Shown piece after piece: positions 1 through 12,867 of a DNA stretch of 64,000 nucleotides (positions within the stretch are counted from its first letter, which is position 1; each line of letters begins with the position of its first letter). This DNA comes from Nageia nagi (Eukaryota > Plantae > Pinophyta): NCBI GenBank assembly GCA_050084985.1, contig JBITNC010000001.1:24924001-24988000 (forward strand), in the 5' to 3' direction. The translations under genes and the position numbers were made by a program. A model generated the notes under the pieces. It did not search any database and was not told the origin of the DNA. It saw only the letters and a program-made list of their open reading frames with translations.

Positions 1-720
1 ATGGTTAGGGGATGCAAAGAAAAGGAAAATGACTCTAGTTAGCTAGAATTTTGTATGCATGGAAAAAGGAAAAGGAGGACTAGGTTTAAGGAAAACGAAG
101 CATGTTAGCCAAGCCTTGAGAGGTAAATTGCTTTGGCAGATAGTTCAAGATGATAAAAGGGAGTGGATACATATCTCTAAATAAAAGTATATGATGGGCT
201 AGAATACTATTATCAAAATTCCAAATCCACCTTATGGCTCCCTATTCTGGAATGGGATTATCATGGCTAGACTAGATATCCAAAGGTTAATAAAGTGGAT
301 GCCAAGAGATGGTAAATAGGTGTATATGTGGGAAGATGATTAGATGAAAGAAGAACCCCTTATTAATATAAAAAATCATAAATAAGGCATAGACCATATA
401 TTCCTACACTATTATTATTCAAGGTGTATATGGGATATGTTGTGCCAAAAAATGAAAATTTAATGGGTCCTACCAAATGATGTCAAACACTGTATATTAC
501 AATGTAGATTGTACAAGAGCAAAAGGTTATGAAAAGTGTTGACCAATGGTGTTATCCCATACATGGTGAAAAATTTGGAAATAAAGAAATAAAAGGATCT
601 TTTAAGAGTAACAAAATGAAGAAAAAGAGGTATTCAAAACTATCATCTATAGAATGCTTGAGAATATGAAGTTGCATTTTGAAACCCAACAAATATCATC
701 AAGCTTAACATCACTTGTTA
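1..720 (+). mobile_element. Degenerate L1-type LINE, C-terminal part of ORF2
   Basis: Reads VCMEKGKGGLGLRK..QALRGKLLWQ, GSLFWNGI, IKWMPRDGK*VYMWED and HIFLH..YSRCIW, the typical post-RT and zf-RVT motifs of plant L1; many stops. Confidence 0.75.
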
Positions 721-1039
721 AATTAAATGATTAATATTTTTTACTCTATTATGGACAAAAGAATGGAAAGTAGTATAAATATTAATAATTCCATGTCAAA
801 CGAGTTTGAGTTAAGTCATGTCAGGAAGAGGAATCATAGCATGGAGTGGATTAGTGATCGAGGTGGAATAATCATAAATTTGAAAATATGGTTAGGGTGA
901 GAGACTACAGAAAATAATGTATTCAAGTACAAGGGGATAACAAGCCACATTAATGATATGATATGTAAGTACAATATCCAATGCAAAATAAAGTATGCCA
1001 ACCAGCTAACCACCTTTTTTAAAGAGCAAAACAAAATTA

Positions 1040-1330
1040 GCCTGGGAAAAATAAGAGGTGCCCTAGTTTTTATAGAGCTAAAGGATCCAAAAAAAGCAAG
1101 GAAGGACCCAAATATTTGGAGAATTATCTATAGATGGGGTTTAGATAGGTTTATTGATGCTTGTAAGGGGACGGATAGAAGGCTTACAGATTATATAGTT
1201 AGCACCTAGGAGGATGGTGTTTGTAGAATTCATGGAAAGGAAATTATGTTCAATGCTAACACTATCATAGAAGCTACTAGGTTTCCAAATAGGGAAAAGG
1301 ATGCTCATCATAATTTGAAGGCATTATTGA
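1040..1330 (+). pseudogene. Fragment of a TE-associated accessory ORF (copy 1), directly downstream of the L1 ORF2 remnant
   Basis: ORF 958..1209 plus readthrough *EDGVCRIHGKEIMFNANTIIEATRFP; similar motif spacing to the copy at 2040-8530. Confidence 0.45.
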
Positions 1331-3589
1331 ATTTTTCCAAATTTTTCTTTCTTTCTAATCATGATTAAGGGATCGGGTAAATGTCTAGGCATGGTAAAAG
1401 TTATGATGAATATGAGACCTTTAAAATAACATGTAGTAGGTGACACCTTGTCAAGGGAGGTCGATCAAGTCTTCTTCCATCACGAGTATTATGTGATGAC
1501 TTTGATATACCTCTTGGGTGGTTTCCTCAATGTTACATGAGTGCTTATGGCCAAGACAAGCTTATCGAATATCCTCAACATCATTTACCAGTGTGGCTTA
1601 GTGTTAGCGGTAATGGATTTGACCTTGTCTCTTCCAAGTTCATGATACAAATTTTCTATGTGGGCTTATAAGGAAGGTGATAATTGGTTGAGGAGATTTG
1701 CAATTCTCATTAAGTGCAATCTCCATGATCATTTTGAAGTCATTGATTGACCTTTCTCTAAGTACGAGGTGGACTTTCATGAGAGGAAGAGGAGGGATGG
1801 GATTCATTTCTAATACTTGAACTTCCCAATTAACTTTTATCTTCCTAATTTTTTGTTGCATGTTGAATTTCTTCCCCCAAGCAAAGTCTCAATTATAAGG
1901 TGCTCTTGATTCTTGCTATGTTATGTATGCAAAGGTAGGATCTAGATGTTACGAAAGAGAGTGCATAAAAGAGAAGGGTTATCTCAATGTTTGAAGCTTA
2001 GAATAGAATCACTCATTTTCTTTCTGAGGATGATCATTAATGGGTCACTACATTTAGAGCCAACCCATATCAATGTCACTAAGGATGGATGAGATATTTT
2101 TATGAGGGGAGGTTTCTAGTGGTTATTTACTTAGCTAAGAGGGTATAACATTATTTTATCTAAGCAGTTGGCTTCTTCATGGTTTAAGGATCAGGTTAGA
2201 GTATTTAGGATAGCCTTTGATATTGATGAGCTATTGTTAGAAGAGGTTACATACCTCATAGCATCAAGCCTAATGGAATTGAAGGATTCCATATAACCAA
2301 TATCAACTTGAATTTTCTCCAACAAATCTACCATTCATCCATCTAGCAAAGTAAGAAATAATCACACAAAAGATAACACATCATGTATAATGGTTCCTCC
2401 ATCTCTCGAGAGTACATTCACTTTGAACCATCATTATATTACTTCTCATAAGATAACTCTCCTACAAAATCTTGAACAAAGCTCTTACATGAGCATTCCT
2501 ACAACTCTACAGATAAGCACTACCATGCTTCATCCAATTACATAATGAGAGGGGTACCTCTCTATTTATAATAAGAAACCCACTCTTTAACCTTCTTTTT
2601 ACCCAAAGGTAAGGTAAAATATGTTTTTATATTTATTCTCTTAATATTTTAAGGTATCTAAAGATACTTTAAGCATTAAATGAATTTATATTAAATAGAA
2701 ATATAACATAATATATATTACACAATATTACATTACAATCTTCAAGACTTCCCCTTAATGCAATATTGGGTAGAGAGTCAAAAATAAAAAGAGAAATAGT
2801 AAAAGAGAGTTCTCCTCCATAGAGACACAAGTGGAGATAAGAACTTTTACATCTTTGATAAAGTAATAGAAAATAGATGGTTCTATAATGGCTCAACTAC
2901 TTAATCATTTTAACAAATGGTTTTTACAATACAATCATTAACCAAAAAATGGTTTCTTTGTACAAAAGTAGTCATTCAACATGTTGAAATGATGAGCCTC
3001 TATACCTAAAGTAACCTACAATTTTAAGAAGAACCTACAAGCTACAAGCAACTCAAAAAACATATGATCAACTAGATATATCATATACACTCATATAAGA
3101 TAGATATCATCCATAAACTTATCAAATATATCAATTCATCATATATGCATAACATCAAAGATGACATACATCATCAACTATATATCATATGTGCATACTA
3201 AATAAAAAGTATCAACCATAATATGATATCAATAATATTATATGTGCACAACACTATCAGATACACAATGAACCAAGTGATATAAATGCATTTTCAACCA
3301 AAAAAAATAATTTTTGATTTTTATGTTCATTTATTTTAGATCGTTATTCTGTATTTGTTGAGGGTATATGAAGGTATCATCACACTATAATATTTCATAA
3401 TTTTAATTCTCCTTTTGATAAAAATTTCATCAAATAAGTACTTATGTGACCATGTTATCTTAACCATGTCACAAATGATCAAATTCCACCTTAACTAAAT
3501 CACCAAGTTTAGACTTTTAAGCCATAAATTCCAACTTGACCAAATACCATGCCAAGATTTATAAGGCAAAGCATAAGCCACCAATAAAA

Positions 3590-3710
3590 TAAACTTGAAT
3601 TTACCAAGAGGGAGTCAAGATGCCATGTAAACTTGACTTTACCAAGAGTGAGTCAAGATACCACAATAACTAAACTTTGACATTAACAAGAATGAGTCAA
3701 GATGCCATCT
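3590..3710. repeat. Three imperfect ~39-bp tandem repeats
   Basis: aaacttga..ttaccaagag.gagtcaagat(g/a)cca x3. Confidence 0.8.
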
Positions 3711-5593
3711 TAACCATGCTGCTATTTAAGATGAATATGATGGAAAAAGATATCATTCATTCAACAAGGATGCTATTTTCCATCAAAAATTGTAATGTAG
3801 GAGAAGAGAAACCTTTTTAACCACTCCATCCATTGTAAGTTTCTAATAGATAGTAAAGTGGCAATCAATCCATTGTCATAGATATAACTTCTTAACATGG
3901 AAGTAAAATGTGGCAAACAGTTCCCTATAAGTCATCACGAAGATGCCAAGCCCATACTTATAGTCATAATCCTCTTAAAAATGAAGTAAGCATAACTTCA
4001 ACCTTCTTGAGGATAAAATTACCAACCCTAACAATTTAGGATTAAGGTAAAAATATCAACGAAGTTTTATTTTGATGAAAAACAAACACAAAGTCCCATC
4101 AAAAAAATTACTTCTTAATAAAAAGATGCTTGGATTTTATTCTTGCTAGTAACGTGGCATAATCCATCAACATGGATAACCTTCCAAAATTTGAAATATA
4201 GTGGAATTAATCTATGAAGGATAACCTTCCAAGATATGAAAGTATAGGGGAATTAATCTATGAACATTCCAAAACATGGAAGTATCCTTGGTTTTTATAC
4301 TGCCTTTTAAGGGTAACTTCATCAAAAAAGTTGAAGCATATTACATAGCTCTATAAAAATGTAGAGAGGAATGGAAATAATGTAGAGAGGAATGTACATT
4401 TCTCAAAGGTACTTGTACACTTCCTTTTCAAAGCAAGATTAATATTGCATTATCAATATCCTCAATAAGCCTAGTGGAGAAAGTTTAAAAACTTTTAACT
4501 CCAACAAGTATATTAACCAAGGTTGAGTAAATTTATAAACTCTACTCCAACAAGCATGTGTGCACAACAACAACAAAAAACATCCAACTAGGAAAAAAAA
4601 TAAAATAATATGCACAATCAATGAGGATAGTAATGTTTGAAGAAAGGTTACACAAACTTCCTACTTCAAACGATGTGCATAATAGAATTACTTTGGAAGT
4701 TCAAAAAAATCCATATCGACCATTGAAAATAATAATTCATAGTTCAATGCATATAAAAACTCTTTATGCAATATAAATTAAACTTAATTTGCAGCCAAAG
4801 GATAGCGCATAAAAACATTAGACAAATTTTTGTAATGCACATCCATAAGTTTCCATTTTAACAATGTGCAAATTTAATTATCAATACATTGAACATTATC
4901 AATACTTATGTCCAATGTTGAAAGAATTTTCAAATAATGGTTGCAATTAATTGATTTGTAAATTAACTTTGAAAAAAAAATTATCAAACAAGGCATATAT
5001 TTTGCAAATTATCATAGTATTTTACCTTTTAAAAGTTATCCAAAACTTTAAGAAAAGATTTGATACTTATCAAATACTATATTTGCAAATACCACATCAA
5101 TTACATAAAATTGAGCTTTAAAAAAGTTAATACCACTTTTTTAAAAAAATTGAACTCTCTCAAAAAGTTAATCCTTTTTATTAACAGAATATTTAAAAAA
5201 AAAAAAAAAATCTTTTTTTTTATAAGATACCTCTTTTGATTTAACAGAATTTTATAAAAATCTGTTTCTAAAAAAAAACTCAAAAACTATTTTTTTTTTC
5301 TTTTTTTTAAACATATTTATTTTTTTATAAATAATAACCCCTTTTTTTAAAAAAGTTTGCAAAATCTTCATCTTTTTTGTTACAATATGCTAAAAATATT
5401 AAAAAAAAATCTTCTTGGATTTTTTTAAATAACCCATTTAAAAATTGGCAACTATGATGTTTTTTTAAAACCCTTCTTTAAAAAAAAAAAACTTGTCCTT
5501 TTAAAAATAGAAAAGCCCTAAATCAAACCCTCAGTAAATTTGAGGAAAAACATTTGTAGGAAGTCTGCAACAGAGAGGAGCAAAGGACAACAT

Positions 5594-6392
5594 GCCACTT
5601 AAAGATGAGCTTCCAAAGACCATCACACACACCACCCAAGGGCTATGCCCAAAAGGAGCTATGCAAGCCACCCAGGGGTTGGACATGCCACCTAGGGGTT
5701 GCACCCACCAGGGGCTATGCAAGCCTCCCAAGGGTTTGCATGCCCACTGGAGGCTACACAAGCCACCAGGTAGCTGCACCCACTGAGGGCTACGCAAGCC
5801 ACTAGGGGACTACATCCACTAAGGGTTATGCCAACCATTAGGCGATTGCACCATGAAGGAAGTAACACTAACATATAACTTCCTAAACAACCAAGATCAT
5901 ATGAGAGCTCACAAAACACATCTAACAAACTCACAAAGCAATCTCACAAAGATAACTCAAGATATAAGTGGTTCCTCCAACTAAGAGTACATCCACTAAC
6001 TAGATCTCACTTTTTTACAAATATGAACTCTTACAATTCTCTTATTCTTATCTCCTAAACACTATCCTCTAGCATAACTTTACTCCATAATTTTGGTGTG
6101 TGATCATAAAGAGGGAACCCTATTTATAGGCCAAAATTCCTCTTTGGATCACCCGTTTACCCAATGTATAAAGGCATGACATGCAACTCCCTTTTACCCA
6201 AGGGGCATGCTTATGACATGGAGTGTAGGACAAGTTACATTATCATATTTACTTAAATACTTAAGGTATCAAATGATACCCTTAAGTATTAGTGAACATA
6301 CATAGAAGATTATTACAAAACCTTTACAATAATGCATTCATTATACATTCCAACATGCCAGCCACCCAGGGCTACACCCCACTAGGTGGCTC
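5594..6392. repeat. GC-rich short imperfect repeat array (gccacc(c/a)aggggct..), interrupted by a solo LTR
   Basis: About a dozen units at 5594-5853, resuming at 6356-6392; source of the spurious overlapping ORFs at 5531-5934. Confidence 0.75.
5854..6355 (-). mobile_element. Solo LTR (~502 bp) related to the LTRs of the surrounding element
   Basis: TG...CA ends; shares gtggttcctcca..gagtacatccact, ctatttata and aaggtatc..gatac blocks with 2271-2747 and 6942-7417; flanks CACCA/TGCCA. Confidence 0.75.
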
Positions 6393-9389
6393 GAAATTTT
6401 TTAATTTTTATTTATATTTTAAAAAAAAAAACTTTTTTTATATAAATTTTTTAATTAAAAAAAATTATATATATATATATACATAAAAGATGCTCCTTTT
6501 TATATAACCAATATACAAATATATTGTAAAAAAAAATATTGGAGCATTAGAATTTGCATGCATGTAGTAATGCATGCAAGCAATTTTATTTTTACAAACA
6601 TCTTAGTATTGTAAAAAAAATTGCAATAATAGCATTAAAGTAAAAATTTTGCACTTTTAATTATTTCTACACAAGTAGAACCTTGCAAAAATTAAACTAT
6701 TAATAACTCTTTATCGTTAAATTTAAGCAAATTTACTCAAAATTTGCAATTAACATATTATTGCTATACATTAAGCAATCTTACTTAAAAATTGCAACTA
6801 ACAAAATAATGCATAGCAATAGCAAGTGAACTAACATGGTAGGAGGGAGATTATATCTTCAAACCCTTTTACCTCAAGAAAGAAGAGGAAGGACATTCAA
6901 GGTTGTTGAAGCGGAGACTCAAGGTTGGCTTTGATACCACTTGATAGAATTGAAGGATTCCATATAACCAAGATCACTTTGAAGTTTCTCCAACAAATCT
7001 ACCATTCATCCATCTAGCAAATAAGAAATAATCACACAAAAGATAACACATCATGTATAGTGGTTCCTCCATCTCTTGGGAGTACATCCACTTTGAACCA
7101 CCATTCTATTACTTCACATAAGATAACTCTCTTACAAAATCTTAAACAAAGCTCTTACACGAGCATTCCTACAACTTTACAAACAAGCATTACCATGCTT
7201 CATTCAATTACATAATGAGAGGGGTACCTCTCTATTTATAATAAGAAACCCACCCTTTAACCTTCCTTTTACCTAAGGGTAATGTTAAATATGTTTCTAT
7301 ATTTATTCTTTTAATGCTTTAAAGTATTTAAATATACTTTAAGTATTAAGTGAATTTATATTAAAGAGAAATATAACACAATACATATTACATAATATTA
7401 CATTACAATTTTCAACAAAGGCCACACATACAAAGAGATAATAAATCTTATGACGAATGAGATTAAATGGTTCTTTAAGAAAGGTGAAGGTTTCAAGCAA
7501 AATAAAGTTAGAATAGAATGGTTTTCATTTGCCCAACCATGGAGAAGGGTAAGTCTCTCCTTGATGGAATATTTGACACCAGATTTAGACAAAGAGATTA
7601 TCTACAAATTTCACTTAATATTATTGAATATGCTAAGGCATGGGAGACCTCTCAACATTCTAAGTTTTATATTGCACTCTATGGAGAAATTATGCTTGTA
7701 TGTTTAGTAAGGGAATATAACACATCCTATCCACCAATGGTTAATATCTTGAATCTTCAAGCATGTAGTCACCATAAGAGGTGTCATAGGAAAGATCTCA
7801 TAATAGGGAAAGGAGACAAGATGGGAGGAAGATGTAGAGGTTGGTGAAAAGGAACTTAGGTATGAGGAGATAGAAATGTTGAATGAGAAAGATGCAAACT
7901 CAATGAAGACAAGGGATAAAGTCAAACCCTCTGTCTAGACTAAGACTCAGGTGATGGAGATAAAGTTGTAGAGAAGAATGAGAATGAGTCAATGCAAGTT
8001 TATAACCTATGCAAGGAGAAGTTAAAGCATAAAAATATTATGAGTTACTCCTTGAACAATAACTTTGAAGTCATTTCTACCGAAAAAGAAGTATTTACAA
8101 CCAAGGTGGAAAGATCAATAAAGAGTGAAGCGATATGCTAAATTGGATGCTCGAGCAATAAGTGTTAAGTTTGATAGATTTTAGGAAAAGCAAATCACTC
8201 TTAAGGAATTGATAAGTTTAGTGGAGTCTTAGAATTATTTTTTGGAATCTCAAAGATGGAAATTCAATTGGACCTAAAGAAGAAGGTAAAGGCCTAGATC
8301 GAGGATCTATGTGTGGGCTTAGTGGAGGACATAATGGAGCTAGAGCAAGATATGTGATACTTGATAGGCATCCATTTTACCTTGTGTTTGTTTATTTTTT
8401 GTAACTTGTTCTTATCTCAATATATATTACTTGTTGTATAGCTAAAGGCATAGGTGGCTCAAGAAGGAGCATCGTATTCCCTTAGTTTTTTTCACTTTTG
8501 ATACCATATGAAGATATTTTACAATGAAAAATGAGTGAATGGGCTAGTACCTTCTAAAAAATTCCTAGACTTAAGTTCCATCTAATGTCAACAAAAAAAT
8601 TATTGAATACATAAAAAATAACACATTTATAATGGTTCCTCTTAATATAAGAGTACTTGACTTCCATTAAAGCTTTGATCTTTGAATTGGTCATATGAAG
8701 CATTATAATAATAAGAGACATGTATGTTGTTATCCATAATAACATAAAATTTATCTTCAAAATAATTTGCAACACTTTTCAACCTCTTATATCAATCTTC
8801 TAATGATATCAAGCATCAATAATGCCTCAAGAACATTCTCCAAGTTCAAAATAGAATCAACAACCTTAATAATCATTGTTACAATAGGATATAACTTTGA
8901 ATCAATGTATCTTCTCTTGCAAATCAATTGTATATCTTCCAAATGATCTTAAATGATTGGAACCAATTCAACTTCTTGCTTCATAAATCTTGATCCAACG
9001 AAGTTCTAGAAATACAATATTAGTGATGTCCTTCCCATAGATCCATTTCACCAAATTTTAATGGAATATACCAAACACTAAGCATGAATATTATTGGTAT
9101 TCATATTCACTCCAAGATATCTTATCTCCAAAATAGACCCTTTTAGATCACACCTTCCTAATAAGGAGGCTTTTGGTCCCCAAAATCTCACTTTTGAAGA
9201 AGATGAGGAAATAATTCCCCCACCTTAGTCTTATCATATCACTTGGTTTTATTATGCATTTATCCTTTTAACCCAATCAAACAAATTTATTGTTGTCCCG
9301 TCCTTGTAGTATGAATCTTATTTTGTAATATTGAATCTTTGCCAAGTGAATTTATAGTATTTGGAGATAAGCCATCAACTAATGGAAAA

Positions 9390-10216
9390 AATTATCCCAT
9401 TTCTTCCTCCTCTTTAGTGATCATGGATGGCTCAAATAACTTCGAGTTCTTCGCATTTACAATTGAATAAATAGTTATACAAGTAGGTATATTCAATCTA
9501 AATGTATTCTCTCTCAATTTCTCAATGATATCAAATGGTCAATACCTTATAAATTTTAGCTTCTTCATTGTTCCTCACAATCTCTCCTTACTGAGAGATA
9601 ACCAAACATTTTCTTGCACTTAGAACTTATGGTCAACTCTATGCCTATCATGTCTTAACATGTACTTAGATTAGCTAGTTATGAGTTGTTCTTGCACCTT
9701 CAAATGAACATCCCTATTTTATCAATGAATTTCTTAGTTGGCTCTTCTTATTTCAAGATTGAATCTTCTTTATCCCTATGCTACCCAAAAACATAATCAA
9801 AAGGTGTTGGTGGAAGGTAACCAAAACATGTCTCAAATGTAGGTTTATTTGTAGAAGTATGAACTACCCTATTGTAAGAATGTTGGATGTAAACAAGATG
9901 TTTATCCCAAGTCTTTGTATGCTTTCCACAATACCCTCTCAAGAGTTGAACTATTGTTCTATTCATCACCCCAATTTATCCATCAATTTGAAGATGAAAT
10001 GCAATACTTATTTTAGCTTTATATCCATTCTTTCCCATAAATAAGTCCAAAATTTATCCACAAATCTAGAATTTCTATTTAAAATAATAGAATTAGGTAA
10101 GCCAAAATGAATCCACATATGAAAAAGAAAAGGTATATTGGTTCTTGTCTTGTAATGGTCTTCTTATATGGGATTAAAACATACATATTGCTAAATATAT
10201 CCACCACTACAAATAA
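9390..10216 (-). mobile_element. Degenerate Ty3/Gypsy integrase fragment
   Basis: LFVVVD..., WIHFGLPNSII..., NRTIVQLLRGYCGKHTKTWDKHLVYIQHSYNR...PTFETCFGYLP (ORF 9781..9969) and a decayed GPY/F region. Confidence 0.85.
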
Positions 10217-10379
10217 ACTAGCTTAGATATATTAAAGACATATATCTAAAAATATCAAGAGGTATCAATCTTGAGGCATCTATCTCGGAAATCACTCTTC
10301 CAAGAAAAATAGATAGCCACCTAGAGATTGATACCTCTCTACATTTTTAGATATATACCTTTGAGATATCTAAACTAGT
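10217..10379. repeat. Fold-back inverted repeat, possible MITE
   Basis: Arm actagcttagatatattaaagacatatatctaaaaatatcaagaggtatcaatct pairs with the reverse complement of 10325-10379 at roughly 80% identity, with further weak pairing inward. Confidence 0.75.
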
Positions 10380-12782
10380 CTATATTATGAATTAATGAAT
10401 ATAATTGATGAATAGTTATATACTTTTTTGCAAATAAACTTGATATTATTAAATACCAACAATTAATAACAACCAACAAAACTATTGTATTCACGGTAAT
10501 ATTAATATCTAATATAATATATTACATGTTATTAAATATGAACAATAAATAAGAACGAGCCATATTACAATGAACAATGATATATTACAACAAGAAAATT
10601 ACCATCAGATTTAAAGGAATCTTGTTTACAAAATTGGAATACCTTCACATTTAGCTAGTGAAGTATGGAGTTTTTCCTAATTTTTCAACTAGATATGTCC
10701 TTTAAGTTTGTCAATTGCAAGCATTTATTAGTGATCATGTTTTCTTAACAAGCTTTATTCTTGTGCTATAAGTTTGTAGCCTCCAATATTATTCGACACT
10801 TTTTGTTACAATTAGATTTTACAAGTATTTAATGTATTTAAATCTATAGGTAATAGTATGGTATTTACTATTTAGTTCACTGTTGTCGTAAATCCCAGTT
10901 TGTAAGTTGTTTATACAATTCTTGCATTAAATTTCATATATCTTTTATATATCAAAAAAATGTTGAAAGATATCATTCTCAAGGTATCTATCTTGGATAT
11001 AGTAATGCCAAGAAATGATATAATTAAGTCAGTATAGACTTATAATTTATTATATTTAATATGTGTTTTATATACTTTTTTAAAATAATATGATATTTAT
11101 ATAGTTTTGAAATTATATTTTTGAAGCCAACTATTCATTTTTTAAAAAAATAAAGTCAACTCATTTTTTTAAAATATTGAAGGCGACGTTTAATGTACGA
11201 ACTCACATGCGATATTTTGGCTCTCCACTTCACCCCATGCTAAAGCTAAGGAATGCCTCTCAATGTTAATAATGTAGGAAATAATTGACTAAATGCATTG
11301 GTTATTTTTAGACTCTTGAGCATCAAGAGCTCTTTGGGCAGTATGGAAAGGTTTTGAAGGTGTCAATTTCTCAATCTAATACTAATAATCAACATTCTAC
11401 ATTATCTAAGATATTGGAGCGAAAATTACAAAGAAGAGAATAAAATTACAAGAGAGAAGTAAATGTATACCTTTGGTTCATTATTATGGAATCAGAATCA
11501 TTGTAGTTCGTTATTATTGAATTAATTCATTGTTTATGAAATCAGTTTGATATTCTCCGAATGAATTATTCCCTAAATGAATTGACATACAATTCTTCTC
11601 AATTTGCAGAATTTATTTGTTGATTTGTATTGTTGGAATAGATAATTTACATTACTGTTATAGAAAATTTTATGAAAAGATGCATCTATCAGCTCAATTA
11701 TTATCATTAAGGGTAAGGTCTCATGTAGGAGGCTACAGAATCTATGTTCATAGAGTTGGAGGTTCCATGAAGGAAAATAATTTATGCTATACGATTAACT
11801 AGTCTTCTCTTAAAAAATAGCAGCAACTATTTTTTAGGGCTGCATATTTATGATGGTGAAAAGGGGGTGGTGCTAGAAATTGCCCCTTGTCAATCATCTA
11901 ATAGATTTTGGCATAAATAAAATGGAGGGAAAATTTATGAAAGAAAAATATTCTTTAAATTTTTAAGCTGAAATGCACACTTAATTCATGGGACCACTAG
12001 CTTAAAAATATTCCTACAAAATCTCTGCAGCACCCTCTTCTATGTTTTAGGAAGCCCGCCTCCATGGGACCCTACCCTAATTTTAGTTTGTTGCCTTGGT
12101 TATTATCATTAATTATGCTGAGAGGTGTTCTACAATGACAATTGGGGGGAGGGAAAAGACTCAAATGTCACGTCATTAACATTTTAAAAAAAAATATTAG
12201 TGGATTTTAAAAAAACATTTGGAATTGGAAGTGACATATACAAACCCAATTTCCTATTGCTAGGTTGGCTAGTGCAATGCATCACACATCCTCTAATGTA
12301 CTTTGCAACTTGATCTTTCATTTTAGATTAATACATATACCTTTGTAAATTAGCAATTGTCTTCCCAACTCCAAAATGTCCAAAAATTCTATATGTATGT
12401 ACCTTTGATCAAATAAATAATCTCTCCTTTAAGAACACATAAATTATTAAATTTGTTAAAATGTACAACTTTGGAATGAAAATCTTTCATTCCTTCACAA
12501 TCCAATTTAGGTGACTTTCAACTTCTGATAAACTTCCTTATAATCTAGATTTTGTAATGCCTCCCCCTCTTACAAAGCTCTTATTAGAAGTCAAAACTTG
12601 ATTAAAAAAAAATTAAAAATAGAAAGAAGATAATGCTAGAATTAGAAGTTATTTGAACAAGCAATTAAAAGAAGCTATACAAAAAAGATGTCAAAAAGTA
12701 CTTCTCAAATGGAAGAACCTACTTGAAGAAGATGCCACCCCAGAAACATTATATTCTAAAGGATTTGCTATATGCTTTAGCA

Positions 12783-12867
12783 TTAAAGATAGCTTTCTGA
12801 TGGGAAGAGAAACATTATAACCTCTTTAAAGATAGTTTTTCATGGGAAGAGAAATGTTATAACCTCT
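12783..12867. repeat. ~42-bp tandem duplication
   Basis: ttaaagatag.ttt...atgggaagagaaa..ttataacctct x2. Confidence 0.8.

Larger units (their letters stand above)
2271..7417 (-). mobile_element. Complete-ended but coding-defective LTR retrotransposon (Copia-like signals)
   Basis: Direct-repeat LTRs at 2271-2747 and 6942-7417 (~476 bp); PBS TGGTATCAAAGCC (6939-6927, tRNA-Met type); PPT TAAGGGGAAG (2757-2748); TSD AAGCC/AAGGC. No intact gag-pol ORF inside. Confidence 0.88.
2040..8530 (+). mobile_element. TE-associated accessory ORF (copy 2) with LINE-like 3' UTR, split by an LTR element at 2271-7417
   Basis: Removing 2271-7422 rejoins the frame: SWFKDQVRVFRIAFDIDELLLEEVTYLIAS|SHTYKEIINLMTNEIKWFFKKGE...QPWRRV...FHLILLNMLRHG. 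It ends in a T-rich UTR and aatgaaaaa at about 8530. Confidence 0.55.

Noticed and set aside
4960-5520. Long A/T homopolymer-rich tract with ORF 5101..5283
   Set aside because: Low-complexity leader of the LTR element; the ORF is a compositional artefact.
5531-5934. Four overlapping ORFs on both strands
   Set aside because: By-product of a GC-rich repeat array inside an LTR element; no protein motif.
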